Below, piece after piece: positions 34,957 to 44,365 of a DNA stretch of 64,000 bases. Position numbers and translations under genes: made by a program. The stretch covers positions 1-64,000 of IMG/VR virus record IMGVR_UViG_3300038415_000126; one strand, given 5' to 3'. Positions within the stretch are counted from its first letter, which is position 1; the number at the start of each line of letters is the position of its first letter. The notes beneath the pieces were generated by a model. It saw nothing but the letters and a program-made list of their open reading frames with translations. It made no database searches and was not told the origin of the DNA. Source of the DNA: a virus.

Positions 34957-36197
34957 TTTCCCACCAAAGTCTCAAATGGCTCGACCAATGCTCTCGGGAG
35001 CCTGTCAAGACAGTAGAATGCGAACATCTCAGCGAAGTTCTCACTAGGTCCACCCTTCTTGGCATAGTTCGTCACAAAGCCTTTGAAGTCGGGTTGAGTG
35101 AGGTCACGAGTCTTCTCACCTTTCATAGACAACCAACCATCAAGATCGATCTTGTAGTTGGTCCCTGGCTTGGATTCGGTGACCATGTGCACTACCCATG
35201 AACCTCGCCCATTGGGTATGGTCTGAGTCACCTGGAACGTCTTGCCCTTGTTGACCACAGTATCACCGATAGCGGGAAGTAAGGCCTTAGTTTCGGATAG
35301 ACCCTTACCATCCTCTTGGTTTTCGATCACACGGTACAATTGTTTAATGTCCCAATCACGACCCTTCATGAACTGGTGTTGATAGCGATGTCCTAACTCA
35401 TGGATAGTGGTTTTCAGGATGTCCGGGGAGGCTTTTGCGTCAGCTCGAACGAACATCTCATCAGAGTTAAAAAGGTAGAAAGCATAGGCGTTACGCATCA
35501 GCTTGTTGGTGACCTGGATGTCTCCGTAGCAGACCTTGCCGAAGCCCTTCGACTTCAGATGTGCTTGAGCCTTCTGGGCCAAGTCAGTAATTGTATCCAT
35601 GACCTTACCAGGGAAGCCCCCAGTATTGACCAGTGTGAAGTCACCCACCTTGATTCGAGTTGCCCCCTCACCCCCTTCTGAGTGAGCCTTACCAGTCCCA
35701 ACGGCCAGTATCGCAACCGCAAGATGGCCCTTGAGTTGAGCCATCCGCTTCTCGTAGATGTCAAACTTTTCGAGGTCTCTTTCAATCCCACGTTGCTTAA
35801 TCCTCGGAAGGCCAACACTGGCATAAACGAGCGCCGCCTTCTCGACTTTCTTCCTCAGGGGTTCTGGTAGGACCTTTTCCTGCAAGATTGAGAGGAACAA
35901 CGGATCAAGAACCCCATTGGCAAGACCTTCAAACCCTTTCGTTGCCTTGAACCAAGCCTTGTAAGCTAGATCCTCAGCTTCAATGTATCCAGGCCACTTT
36001 CGTTCCCATGTATGGGGGCCAACCTTTTCAGCTTCGAGGTACTCGTTGATGACTTTCCGGGCTTTAGCAATATCCTGCTCGGGGATCTCCAATAACGCGA
36101 CCCCAGCTATGAACTTGTGCAGTAAGGCATTAGGGTCACCTACTGCCTTAGCCCGCAGGTACCTAGCTGCTACTCGGAGGCTGATCGGGTCTATCAC
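34953..36197 (-). CDS. Zincin-like metallopeptidase paralog with N-terminal RVAARY motif
   Basis: IHELGHRY; TNYAKKGGPSENFAEMF; start reassigned to GTG (IDPISLRVAARY) by analogy with its neighbour. Confidence 0.8.
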   Translation of the reverse strand: MIDPISLRVAARYLRAKAVGDPNALLHKFIAGVALLEIPEQDIAKARKVINEYLEAEKVGPHTWERKWPGYIEAEDLAYKAWFKATKGFEGLANGVLDPLFLSILQEKVLPEPLRKKVEKAALVYASVGLPRIKQRGIERDLEKFDIYEKRMAQLKGHLAVAILAVGTGKAHSEGGEGATRIKVGDFTLVNTGGFPGKVMDTITDLAQKAQAHLKSKGFGKVCYGDIQVTNKLMRNAYAFYLFNSDEMFVRADAKASPDILKTTIHELGHRYQHQFMKGRDWDIKQLYRVIENQEDGKGLSETKALLPAIGDTVVNKGKTFQVTQTIPNGRGSWVVHMVTESKPGTNYKIDLDGWLSMKGEKTRDLTQPDFKGFVTNYAKKGGPSENFAEMFAFYCLDRLPRALVEPFETLVGK

Positions 36198-36380
36198 CCT
36201 TGAGGTCGGACATAGATAGAATCTCGACACACTGCTCGATGATCCTGCGTACTTGACCAGCAAGGGCGGCCTCAAGAGCGGCATCGACCATCTCTACTGC
36301 TTGATCTAAGGTCACCTTGTCGCTACGGATCACTTCGACCAGATCAACGATAGCTTGCCTCTTTCGAGCCGCGTCCACAT

Positions 36381-36656
36381 TCACTTCCTCTTTGCCCATC
36401 CGTCGATTAGGCCAACGGCTTCTTTAGTCGAACTGATCTTGCGAGCGAAGTTGAGGCGAGCCTTCCGCTCTGTTGAGCCTTCCGCTTCGAACCTGTTCTT
36501 GTAAACTGAAACCGTGATAGTCCAAACACCCCGATGCGAGATGCAGATGAACGGATCACCCGGCTTGTCCTCGTTCATCCAGACATTGTGGAGGTTTTCG
36601 CTAGGCTTAAGCGTGAACCCCAAGAATCTCTTGACACCGGCGGTTAACTTCGGCAT
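36381..36656 (-). CDS. Hypothetical protein, G.TE..AR family
   Basis: Start reassigned to MPKLTAG. Confidence 0.55.
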   Translation of the reverse strand: MPKLTAGVKRFLGFTLKPSENLHNVWMNEDKPGDPFICISHRGVWTITVSVYKNRFEAEGSTERKARLNFARKISSTKEAVGLIDGWAKRK

Positions 36657-36686
36657 ACCGCTGCATATTACAAGGGAATCGAAGGA

Positions 36687-36947
36687 ATGACAAGAGCACA
36701 ACTGAAGGTATTGGCGAAGGTTCTGGATCAGTCGGCCGATGAGTTCAGCAACCATGGATGCAACGACTTGAACCTGAACAAGCTTGGGCTGACCCCCGAC
36801 GAGCTTGAGAGCTTCAAAGCGGAGTTCACCATGTGCATGAAGAGCGATGACCCCTATTACGAGAGGACCGGAAATTGTGTCGAGGACTGGCTCGTTATGC
36901 GATACCTGAGCAACTTGGCCTTGAGCGAAGCAACTACTTCGAAGTGA
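36687..36947 (+). CDS. Hypothetical protein
   Basis: GAAGGA SD; DEFSNHGCND. Confidence 0.6.
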   Translation: MTRAQLKVLAKVLDQSADEFSNHGCNDLNLNKLGLTPDELESFKAEFTMCMKSDDPYYERTGNCVEDWLVMRYLSNLALSEATTSK

Positions 36948-37710
36948 CCCTCTCTTGCTTGCTGGCAGTCCTTCTCCCCGACCTTGGGATCCACCGGACA
37001 TCCATCTTTAGCTCTGGCCAAGCACCAGGTACATGGAGCCAATGAAATGGCTGAACCGTCGGCATCGGTTACTTCGAGCATCCGCCCGCAAGCAGAACAA
37101 CTGTAATCGGTTGACATGAGGGAGATCTACACCAGGATTTGGAACTCCAAGGACACAAGAATCCCCTCAAGTCGCTTGTGGTCGTCCATCTCGTACCAGT
37201 ACTCAAAGAAGAATCGGTCAAATAGCTCTTCGGCCTCGGACTGTGACTTGTTGGTTTGGATGGCGAAAGCCCACATATGCGGTCTTTCATCGTCGGGCTT
37301 CACGATGACTGGCTCGTGGAAGTACTCGTCGAGCTTGATGAGCACCTCGCGCCCAACCTCGCGCAGGTTCTCTGGTAACTTCTGGACCTCATCTTCGATC
37401 ATCAGCTGACCTTTTCCCCTTTGAGGACCCGCTCGAAGGTCCTGGTAGCCCAATCGAGAGCTTCACGAGCTGTCATCACGTAGAACTCTTGCCCACAGGT
37501 GGCGCACTTCTTGGAGTACATCTTGGTCCTGAGCGACAAGGTGTCGACCAAGGTACCCTTCACACTCTAGGCAAACGTAGCCCAAGTAATGGCGAAGTGG
37601 CTCATCACCTGGAACTACTTGATGCCCAGTGTCAAGCACATGCTGATGGCAGTCTCGAACGAACTTGACTGGGTCATCATAGTCCATGCGATGACCAGTA
37701 CACCAGTACT

Positions 37711-38178
37711 CTAGCTTAGTTCGACCATCAGGATGTACCTGGCCTCATCTGGGTTGAAGCCCAGCATGAGGAACACATTGGTTAGTTCGAACAGGTCGAT
37801 ACCGATCTTCTTCGGACCGATAGGGTCAAACGAGGTCATCTTGTTGGTCCCCTCCTCGGCCACAATGGCTCCAAAGACCCATTTGCGCCGATCCGTGTTC
37901 CACTCCCGAGGTCCTTTCCACTGGTACTTGGATAGCTTGGCGTAGGCTGCATCCCCAGACATCCCGTGTTTTAGAGCAAAGGCGACCAGCAGAGGGGAGT
38001 GGACCATCCGTGCGACCTCTTCCACGTGAGAGCCGCAGCAAGGACAGAAGGATCTATCTGGGACTATCTGGTGCTGAGAGTTCGACCGACATTCGAACTT
38101 CGTCCCATCCGCGACCCGGAGTAGCTCCTCAGTCAGCTCGAACCCGTAGAGAACCTTAGCGTAAGCCGATGCGCTCAT
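37711..38178 (-). CDS. Zinc-ribbon hypothetical protein
   Basis: FCPCCG. Confidence 0.65.
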   Translation of the reverse strand: MSASAYAKVLYGFELTEELLRVADGTKFECRSNSQHQIVPDRSFCPCCGSHVEEVARMVHSPLLVAFALKHGMSGDAAYAKLSKYQWKGPREWNTDRRKWVFGAIVAEEGTNKMTSFDPIGPKKIGIDLFELTNVFLMLGFNPDEARYILMVELS

Positions 38179-38208
38179 GGTTTTGATTCCCCAGTCATTT
38201 TTTTGATG

Positions 38209-38802
38209 TCACCCAGCGCCTTGTTCGTCCTCTTCAATGACCGCCGCGAGATGAACATCGCTATTAGTGACAGGATCATCGCCAGGACGTTCACACAGGC
38301 CAGGATCAGCTGCAGTCTTTCGTGGGTCATTGGCTTCAGGTACACCAGGGGGCCTCGCTCTGTCAACCATCTCGTACAGGTCGTACAGGTCCCGCGCGAT
38401 AGCCCGTAGTGCGCAGACAGCCGGACTGAACCTCTCCGGTTCAGTCAAGATGCTGAAGAAGTTGTCATATTCGATGATTGACCGCTTGATTCGAACTAGC
38501 TCATGCCAGGGATCGGTCTTCGTCCCAATCAAGCTCCTCAGGCTGTTGCACTGATCAACCCCCGGCCTAGCCAGGGAGCGAGCCCAAGTGTTCCGGCCCT
38601 CGACCGTGAAAAAGTACCTAGTCAGTAGTTCCCGTCTCTCTTCTATGGGGATGGCTTCCCCGTCCCTTGACATCTCCTGCAGCCGGGTTACCGTCAGGTC
38701 GAGGTACCATTGGACGCGAGCCCGGTGACCAGCATCCTCGACATCCTCCTCCTGAGTGACATCTTGGAGCTTATCCAGGTACCATTCCAGATCGACGGCC
38801 AT
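38209..38802 (-). CDS. Hypothetical protein, YxFxxxGRxxxAxS family (with 49062-49595 and 49604-50137)
   Basis: EWYL...RARVQWYL...YFFTVEGRNTWARSLARP...IIEYDNFFS. Confidence 0.7.
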   Translation of the reverse strand: MAVDLEWYLDKLQDVTQEEDVEDAGHRARVQWYLDLTVTRLQEMSRDGEAIPIEERRELLTRYFFTVEGRNTWARSLARPGVDQCNSLRSLIGTKTDPWHELVRIKRSIIEYDNFFSILTEPERFSPAVCALRAIARDLYDLYEMVDRARPPGVPEANDPRKTAADPGLCERPGDDPVTNSDVHLAAVIEEDEQGAG

Positions 38803-38804
38803 CG

Positions 38805-39449
38805 CTAGATCACCCACGGACGTTCGTACCGTGATACCCGAGGGGGCCTAGGCTCACTTATCACACCCAAGCTCTTAGGTACCCATAGATCAGGGATGTC
38901 AGAGTAATGCATCGGAGTGCAGTGGAACTCAGGCTCGGGCTCGACCGTTGAATAGCCAAGGACCAGACTATACGACTTGCTATCGGCCAATGAAGCCTTG
39001 ACTCCCGGCCTAGTAACAATGAACAAGGTCCCGCCAGGTATCAAAATCCCCTTGTCACCGAGGAATCTGGTGAGTTGATTTACCCGATTCCCCATAGTCC
39101 TCATTGGATCAAACACACGCCCATTGTTCTTGAACCATCTGTCAGTGATCTTCAGAACAGGTAGAGTCAGCTTCAATGGCTCACTCAATGTCACGTGGTC
39201 CTGGCGCTCAAAGTGGAACTCAAACCGACCATTCTCAGTTTTATCCCACTTAGTATGCCACTTCTCACAAGTATCTTCCCAATTGACCAGTAGCCCACCC
39301 ACTCCAACTGAAACAACAGTATAGCTAGCAGCGGCCCGAGAGTACGGGACGACGCGCAAACCATCCAAGTTCTCCGAGGTCTCGTACCACTTGAGGTGGG
39401 TGGGTAAGGGCATCGCGTGGTCGTACCATGGTGCGACAATTGTTGTCAA
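38805..39449 (-). CDS. Hypothetical protein with C-terminal tag
   Basis: Ends RVSRYERPWVI; GTLFIV similar to the 1248/15033 family. Confidence 0.75.
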   Translation of the reverse strand: MTTIVAPWYDHAMPLPTHLKWYETSENLDGLRVVPYSRAAASYTVVSVGVGGLLVNWEDTCEKWHTKWDKTENGRFEFHFERQDHVTLSEPLKLTLPVLKITDRWFKNNGRVFDPMRTMGNRVNQLTRFLGDKGILIPGGTLFIVTRPGVKASLADSKSYSLVLGYSTVEPEPEFHCTPMHYSDIPDLWVPKSLGVISEPRPPRVSRYERPWVI

Positions 39450-39480
39450 TTGACGTGACTTGGGTGTAAACTACCGCCCC

Positions 39481-39765
39481 ATGGATGACGATACTGACGA
39501 AGGCTTTCTGCTCTATGTGGACCTGCACTCGGAGACCGATCTAGCCTTGTTCAGCCGAGAAGACGTTGTACGACTTTTGAGGCTAGCCTGTGTCCCTCCA
39601 GGCTCCTGGTTCATACCGAACAGGACCTTCCTCAGCGTTCACTCCGATGTTGCTCGTCCCCTCATCAAGCGAGCCAGAAGACATCTCAAGCGACTGAAGA
39701 CTCCACAGTTGGAACTCCCATTCGACTCATGCCGGGGCGCCGAGGACTACCTGCTATCCGAATGA
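39481..39765 (+). CDS. Hypothetical protein
   Basis: FLLYVDLHSETDLALFS; GGTGTA motif upstream. Confidence 0.6.
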   Translation: MDDDTDEGFLLYVDLHSETDLALFSREDVVRLLRLACVPPGSWFIPNRTFLSVHSDVARPLIKRARRHLKRLKTPQLELPFDSCRGAEDYLLSE

Positions 39766-39771
39766 GCCATT

Positions 39772-39939
39772 AAAGGCGAACGGCCCACGTGTCAGATGGG
39801 CCGCTCAAGCCTTGGTTACTCGCAAGGTTCCAATCCCTAGCGACTGATGATGGCTGGTCTGATCCTCAGTTCCCCCGTTTGCCCTGATCTTGAATTACTT
39901 CAGGAGGTAGCGTATAGGGGAACTGGAAACCAAACGAGT
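39772..39939 (-). ncRNA. Candidate structured small RNA (about 165 nt)
   Basis: TAGACA-N17-TATGCT promoter (39974-39946), nested stems, terminator hairpin 39778-39806, no ORF. Confidence 0.55.
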
Positions 39940-39971
39940 GATAGGAGCATAATCAAATGCCCTGACACTGT

Positions 39972-40451
39972 CTAGTTCCTTTTGAAAAATCCAGTTGCTT
40001 TTGGGGCCGGATCAGCTGTCAAAGGGACAACAACGCCAACCACTGGCATCCCATCAATCTCTGATGGGATGCCCGGAGGAACCTGGCCCACACTCACGAA
40101 GTTAGCAATTAGGGTAAACCCATCATGGGAAACACCCACGTAGTCAAAGCCCGGTAGACCCATTTGTCGGAGCACATTGGTCAGCTGCTCCCTTCGAGTA
40201 CCGATCTCACCTGGGTTGAAGAACCGTCGAAGCTCCTCACCAGGCTCAATCCGATACGCCGGATGATCCGACCCCATCTCAACGTACCATGCCGGCGGAG
40301 AGGGCTCGCGCATGACTACTCCGGGCTCTGGGTAGACTCGACGAACATACCAATGGTTCCCACGCGGGTCGACGTAGTCACCACATTCTGGCCGATCCTC
40401 TTGAAACACGAGGAAGGTCCAGGTTACTAGTTCAGGGTTCGAGACGATCAT
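39972..40451 (-). CDS. Hypothetical protein
   Basis: 159-aa ORF. Confidence 0.65.
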   Translation of the reverse strand: MIVSNPELVTWTFLVFQEDRPECGDYVDPRGNHWYVRRVYPEPGVVMREPSPPAWYVEMGSDHPAYRIEPGEELRRFFNPGEIGTRREQLTNVLRQMGLPGFDYVGVSHDGFTLIANFVSVGQVPPGIPSEIDGMPVVGVVVPLTADPAPKATGFFKRN

Positions 40452-41629
40452 GTAGAAAACCGTTCAAGCAACAGTTGCTCAACAACGGCAGGGGTAGACC
40501 CCAGTAAGTCAGAGAGAGCCCCAATACTGAGAATCTCACGAGGTATCAGACGAAGCAAGCCCGATAACATCTGGGCTAATACCCCCATTGACAACCCAAC
40601 TTTAGGATGGATCTTGAGGTACTCCTGACGGATCTCTCCCATGTCGCTCTCACTGAGGGCCCCTTTCGCGAATAATCGTTCGTACTCACGAAGCTTCCTC
40701 ACATCAGCGATGTTGTTCAAAGAGGTGTCTGCAAGCTCCATGAGTGACTTTTCGATGATCCCACTGTTCAGCTTGAGGGAGAGAACCTTTAAGCAGAGAT
40801 CGTCGTTGTTCCCATGAAGAATGACGAGACGTATCCGGCCCTCATCGTCCAGGTACTGCGCCTTCAACTGCGCCTTGACCTCTTCAATCCGGACCCGAGC
40901 TTTGGCTCTCTCCTCTTCGTTCACCTCAACAGGGGGGCGGGTGCTCAAGGGGGCCAGTTGGTAGTACTGCGCCCAGGTACTATTCTCGATTGATAGTCTG
41001 TTGAGCGTTACATCAGGCATGTAAACCACTGTATTACGTGCTTCAACAAGAGCCTCTTGCTCAACCCGGGCTTGCTCTTCAGGGCTGCGATGGGTAACCA
41101 GATTCTGGATTCCTCGTAGATCTGGACCAGAAACCCTCGGAACCGAGTTCCAAATGTGGGGTAACAAGTCCTCGTAGGGCATGTGAACCCCTGAATCGAG
41201 GTTATAGGGGTCGAGCCCAATCCCAAATATGGACTCATCCGACAGATCGCTGATACTACCAAGGGACGAGGATACCTGAGTGACCGTATCAATGGGGATC
41301 TCTTCTTGCCCCTCTATGACGGGCTTGCCACCACGAGGATTGAACACGAACCTGACGTCTGGTGAAAGTAAAGTACCCTTGCTTGAGTTGATTTGCCTCA
41401 GAAACTCCATCGCACTCAAGTACTTAGATCGAACGTCTGAAGGTAACCGGCTCACGAACTCATCATGCGTAATCCCATCCTCGGCCTCTAATTGGGTGGA
41501 TTCAGCCTTCTCAATCAACTCCTCAAAGCTATGCTCACGAAGACTCGCCAGTTGCTTCGCTTGGGTATGAAACTTCTTGCTGCTTACCGCAACTTCAAAG
41601 GACCACTTGCTTCTATTTGCAGGCTCCAT
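40448..41629 (-). CDS. Large hypothetical protein
   Basis: Start reassigned to MEPANRSKW, with GGAGGA SD. Confidence 0.7.
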   Translation of the reverse strand: MEPANRSKWSFEVAVSSKKFHTQAKQLASLREHSFEELIEKAESTQLEAEDGITHDEFVSRLPSDVRSKYLSAMEFLRQINSSKGTLLSPDVRFVFNPRGGKPVIEGQEEIPIDTVTQVSSSLGSISDLSDESIFGIGLDPYNLDSGVHMPYEDLLPHIWNSVPRVSGPDLRGIQNLVTHRSPEEQARVEQEALVEARNTVVYMPDVTLNRLSIENSTWAQYYQLAPLSTRPPVEVNEEERAKARVRIEEVKAQLKAQYLDDEGRIRLVILHGNNDDLCLKVLSLKLNSGIIEKSLMELADTSLNNIADVRKLREYERLFAKGALSESDMGEIRQEYLKIHPKVGLSMGVLAQMLSGLLRLIPREILSIGALSDLLGSTPAVVEQLLLERFST

Positions 41630-42497
41630 ATTTCCTCCACTTCCTTCAACTCCCACATACGCTCGATGTGTCAGCCACCAATAGGACCCAACCAGGGTTC
41701 GCCAACGTCCTTCAATTCCCACATACTCTGTCACTAACCATGGTTCAGCTCCACTCTGATTCGAGCGTGAGGACCTTTTGAGCCAGCAAGGTGATCGCCC
41801 GCTTCGTCTCCTCAGGGAGACCATCCGGAGGCGCCTCAGGTAGACTTGGGTCCAAGTCACGAGCCTCCAGCCACGCCCGAGGGAACTCGATAGCCCGGAT
41901 CTTGTCCAGCTCGGTACCGTGAGAGCTTACCGGTTGTCCTGAGACGTCTCTAACCCTTCGATTGCCTTTTGACATCGCTCTTGGACCTCTTCAGTGTTAC
42001 AGATATTGACTATGATGTCCTCATCTACTGGGATTCGAAAGATCTGACCACTCGATGTCCTAACATCAATATAGGCTCGTGTAGTACCGCTCACTGGGGC
42101 AGTGTAGATCACCCGATCAGACCCAGATTCCTTCACGGATGCAATTTCACGATCAATGTGGTAGCCAACCACATCAAGTACAGCAAGGGCTCCTGGTAGC
42201 AATGGGGTTTCACTCGGTACTGTCTCTTCTGGCATGGTACCTCCGGTTACACCGCCCGAAGCGGATTATCGGTCCCTGTTCTGCTTAGCCATCTCAGCCA
42301 TAGTGTTCACAGTACACTCAAGCGTGTCTGTCAGCTGCTTTATCTCGCGTTCTTGTACATCGAGTCGTCGTTCAACTGCGTCAAACTCGCGTCGATACCC
42401 ACGTGCTAACAGGACACTACTGGCCATGAATAGCAAGTAGATTGACGTCCATAGTGTATCTCTTCGCGTAAAGCTCACGATTCCACCTTATCCAGGG

Positions 42498-42746
42498 TTA
42501 GAAGTTCTTCACATTGGTGACTGTCTCTTGGGCCTTGCAAGCAGAGCATCCAACGGAAACAATATCACCACACCCAGTAGGAGTGAACTTCACGTAGAAG
42601 TTGGTATCGAAGAGCATTCCAACCACATTCGATGGCTTGCAAGCCTTCCGGTGCTCATCAATCCAATCCTTGATCTTCTCAGCTTCCTCTGGGGTCGCCT
42701 CGAACTTGAAGGCATGGTTCTCGAACCAACGCTTGTCCATCATCAC
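42498..42746 (-). CDS. Hypothetical protein
   Basis: FTPTGCG...CSAC; overlaps the upstream stop. Confidence 0.55.
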   Translation of the reverse strand: MMMDKRWFENHAFKFEATPEEAEKIKDWIDEHRKACKPSNVVGMLFDTNFYVKFTPTGCGDIVSVGCSACKAQETVTNVKNF

Positions 42747-43000
42747 CACCGAACCGTGCAGGCCTTCATGACAAGCCCGCAACATACGACACCGGGGACC
42801 CGCTTCAAACCAATTGGATTGGTCGCCTCGAACTCAGTGGCCGACCAATCACCCATGCACGCAAAGAAGCCATGCCCGCGGGTCTGCACCTCTGTGAAAC
42901 CACTGTACCTGAGGGCTCTCTGAGTATCAGCCTCGTTCGTCCAGGGGAGACACCAGGCAATCATAAAGAGTAGAGAAATCACGTTGATGATGAGTTTCAT
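42743..43000 (-). CDS. Secreted or membrane small Cys-rich protein
   Basis: N-terminal signal; GVVCCG; GGTGTA motif upstream. Confidence 0.65.
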   Translation of the reverse strand: MKLIINVISLLFMIAWCLPWTNEADTQRALRYSGFTEVQTRGHGFFACMGDWSATEFEATNPIGLKRVPGVVCCGLVMKACTVRW

Positions 43001-43022
43001 GCCAACTTGTTACACCAAGAGG

Positions 43023-43052
43023 TTGAGTTTTGACCCCTCTCGCGCGTAATAT
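43023..43052 (+). promoter_or_regulatory. Class 1 phage promoter-like motif
   Basis: TTGAGT-N18(...CGCGCG)-TAATAT, ATG 5 nt downstream. Confidence 0.7.
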
Positions 43053-43057
43053 TAGTC

Positions 43058-43360
43058 ATGAACACTGAACGACGCTCCCTCTTTGCTTGCGGGGTTGAAC
43101 TGGTACTCGAAAACGGCAAGGTCACTATCCCCGGCAAGAGCAACGACGGCCCTCCCCGCCAAGAGTACGCCGACAAGCTCGCCACTATGACCGAAGACGA
43201 GTTCTTCGAGGCCTGCAAGAAGTACATCTGGCTCTCGGCCTATGCCAGCAACAACCCAAGGTCTGACTATCACTGGCAGAATGATGCTTGTACCCTTGAG
43301 GGCTGGCGCCGGAACCGTGATGACATCTACCAGAAGGCCTGGAACGAGGTTGCAAGGTAA
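43058..43360 (+). CDS. Phage hypothetical protein
   Basis: YIWLSAYASNNPRSDYHWQ. Confidence 0.7.
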   Translation: MNTERRSLFACGVELVLENGKVTIPGKSNDGPPRQEYADKLATMTEDEFFEACKKYIWLSAYASNNPRSDYHWQNDACTLEGWRRNRDDIYQKAWNEVAR

Positions 43361-43379
43361 TCCCTGGTTGGATCACCAT

Positions 43380-43895
43380 TTAGATCACCCAAGCCCGATT
43401 GTACCGCGATACTCGACGAACCTGTGGCTCATCAGGGAGCCTAACCTCGACCTGAAGAGGGACAGCAAACTGTGGGGTCAACCACAAGTGACTCGCGAGG
43501 CTTGCAGGGAGCTCCTTCATCCCCTGAATAGGGGTTAGCTCGTTGGTCAGACTCGCATATGCGAGGCCCAAATACACAACAGCATAGCCCCTATCCTCAC
43601 GATGAATCCAGTAGGCCCCGTAGAAGTTCCCGTCTCTGAACCCGTACTCATTATCAGAGGCCGCATAGTCAACCATGTCCTGAGCACCCCTTGTGAGTTG
43701 TTCAAACAGAGGGTCAGCCCACTCACTGATGAGGGTGACAATCGCTATGTCATGCGTTAGGAACCATGCCTCAACGCCTGCATTCCGGTTGTCATAGTCC
43801 TTGTAGTTCAGGCAGACAATCGGAGTCGAAGTGGTGTGGAACCCAGCCGGTGCATCTGTTGGGACTTCGAACCAGCGAATCGCCTTTGAGATCAT
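43380..43895 (-). CDS. Hypothetical protein with C-terminal tag
   Basis: Ends RVSRYNRAWVI. Confidence 0.75.
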   Translation of the reverse strand: MISKAIRWFEVPTDAPAGFHTTSTPIVCLNYKDYDNRNAGVEAWFLTHDIAIVTLISEWADPLFEQLTRGAQDMVDYAASDNEYGFRDGNFYGAYWIHREDRGYAVVYLGLAYASLTNELTPIQGMKELPASLASHLWLTPQFAVPLQVEVRLPDEPQVRRVSRYNRAWVI

Positions 43896-44365
43896 ACCAA
43901 GACACTAGCCTTGAGGAAGGTCTTCTCCGGACCCCACACGACCTCGTACAGCTCGTCAAAGCCTTCCGCCAGGGTTGGGGCAACGAACAACTTTGCCTTC
44001 GCTAGAATGCCCACACGAGGTATCAAAGCCTTCCCGACCCTCCGTGAGTTGCGATCTAGTGACTGCTGGGTAGAGCACCTAAAGTGATACCCCACAACCC
44101 AGGCAGAGTACTCCCGGCCGATTTGTATCAGCTCAGACCGCTCTTCCAACGTCACATTCGTGTTGTCCACAACCACTGAGCGCCCAGCACTCAGATCTTC
44201 TCGGATGAGTTGCGCCTGCCGAGCCGACTTGGACACCCCGCTCTTCCGGTCTCGACCCATCATGTCCTTGCTCACGACACTATGCTTCGGGTACTCCGCC
44301 ATCCGGAATGTACTCTTCCCCGATGCTTGTAGGCCCACAAGTATGACTAGGTCCATTGAATTCAC
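43892..44365 (-). CDS. P-loop polynucleotide-kinase-like protein (AAA_33)
   Basis: GLQASGKST Walker A; VVVDNTN; RNSRR lid; EGFDE. Confidence 0.85.
   Translation of the reverse strand: MNSMDLVILVGLQASGKSTFRMAEYPKHSVVSKDMMGRDRKSGVSKSARQAQLIREDLSAGRSVVVDNTNVTLEERSELIQIGREYSAWVVGYHFRCSTQQSLDRNSRRVGKALIPRVGILAKAKLFVAPTLAEGFDELYEVVWGPEKTFLKASVLV

Noticed and set aside
37405-37687. Possible frameshift in ORF 37463-37687 (an alternative frame gives CATC...)
   Set aside because: Both frames are plausible, and without a homolog I cannot decide between them.
39844-39930. Hammerhead ribozyme (CTGATGA ... GAAAC)
   Set aside because: CTGATGA is not adjacent to the stem preceding GAAAC, and stems I and III cannot be formed. 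The promoter and terminator indicate the opposite strand.
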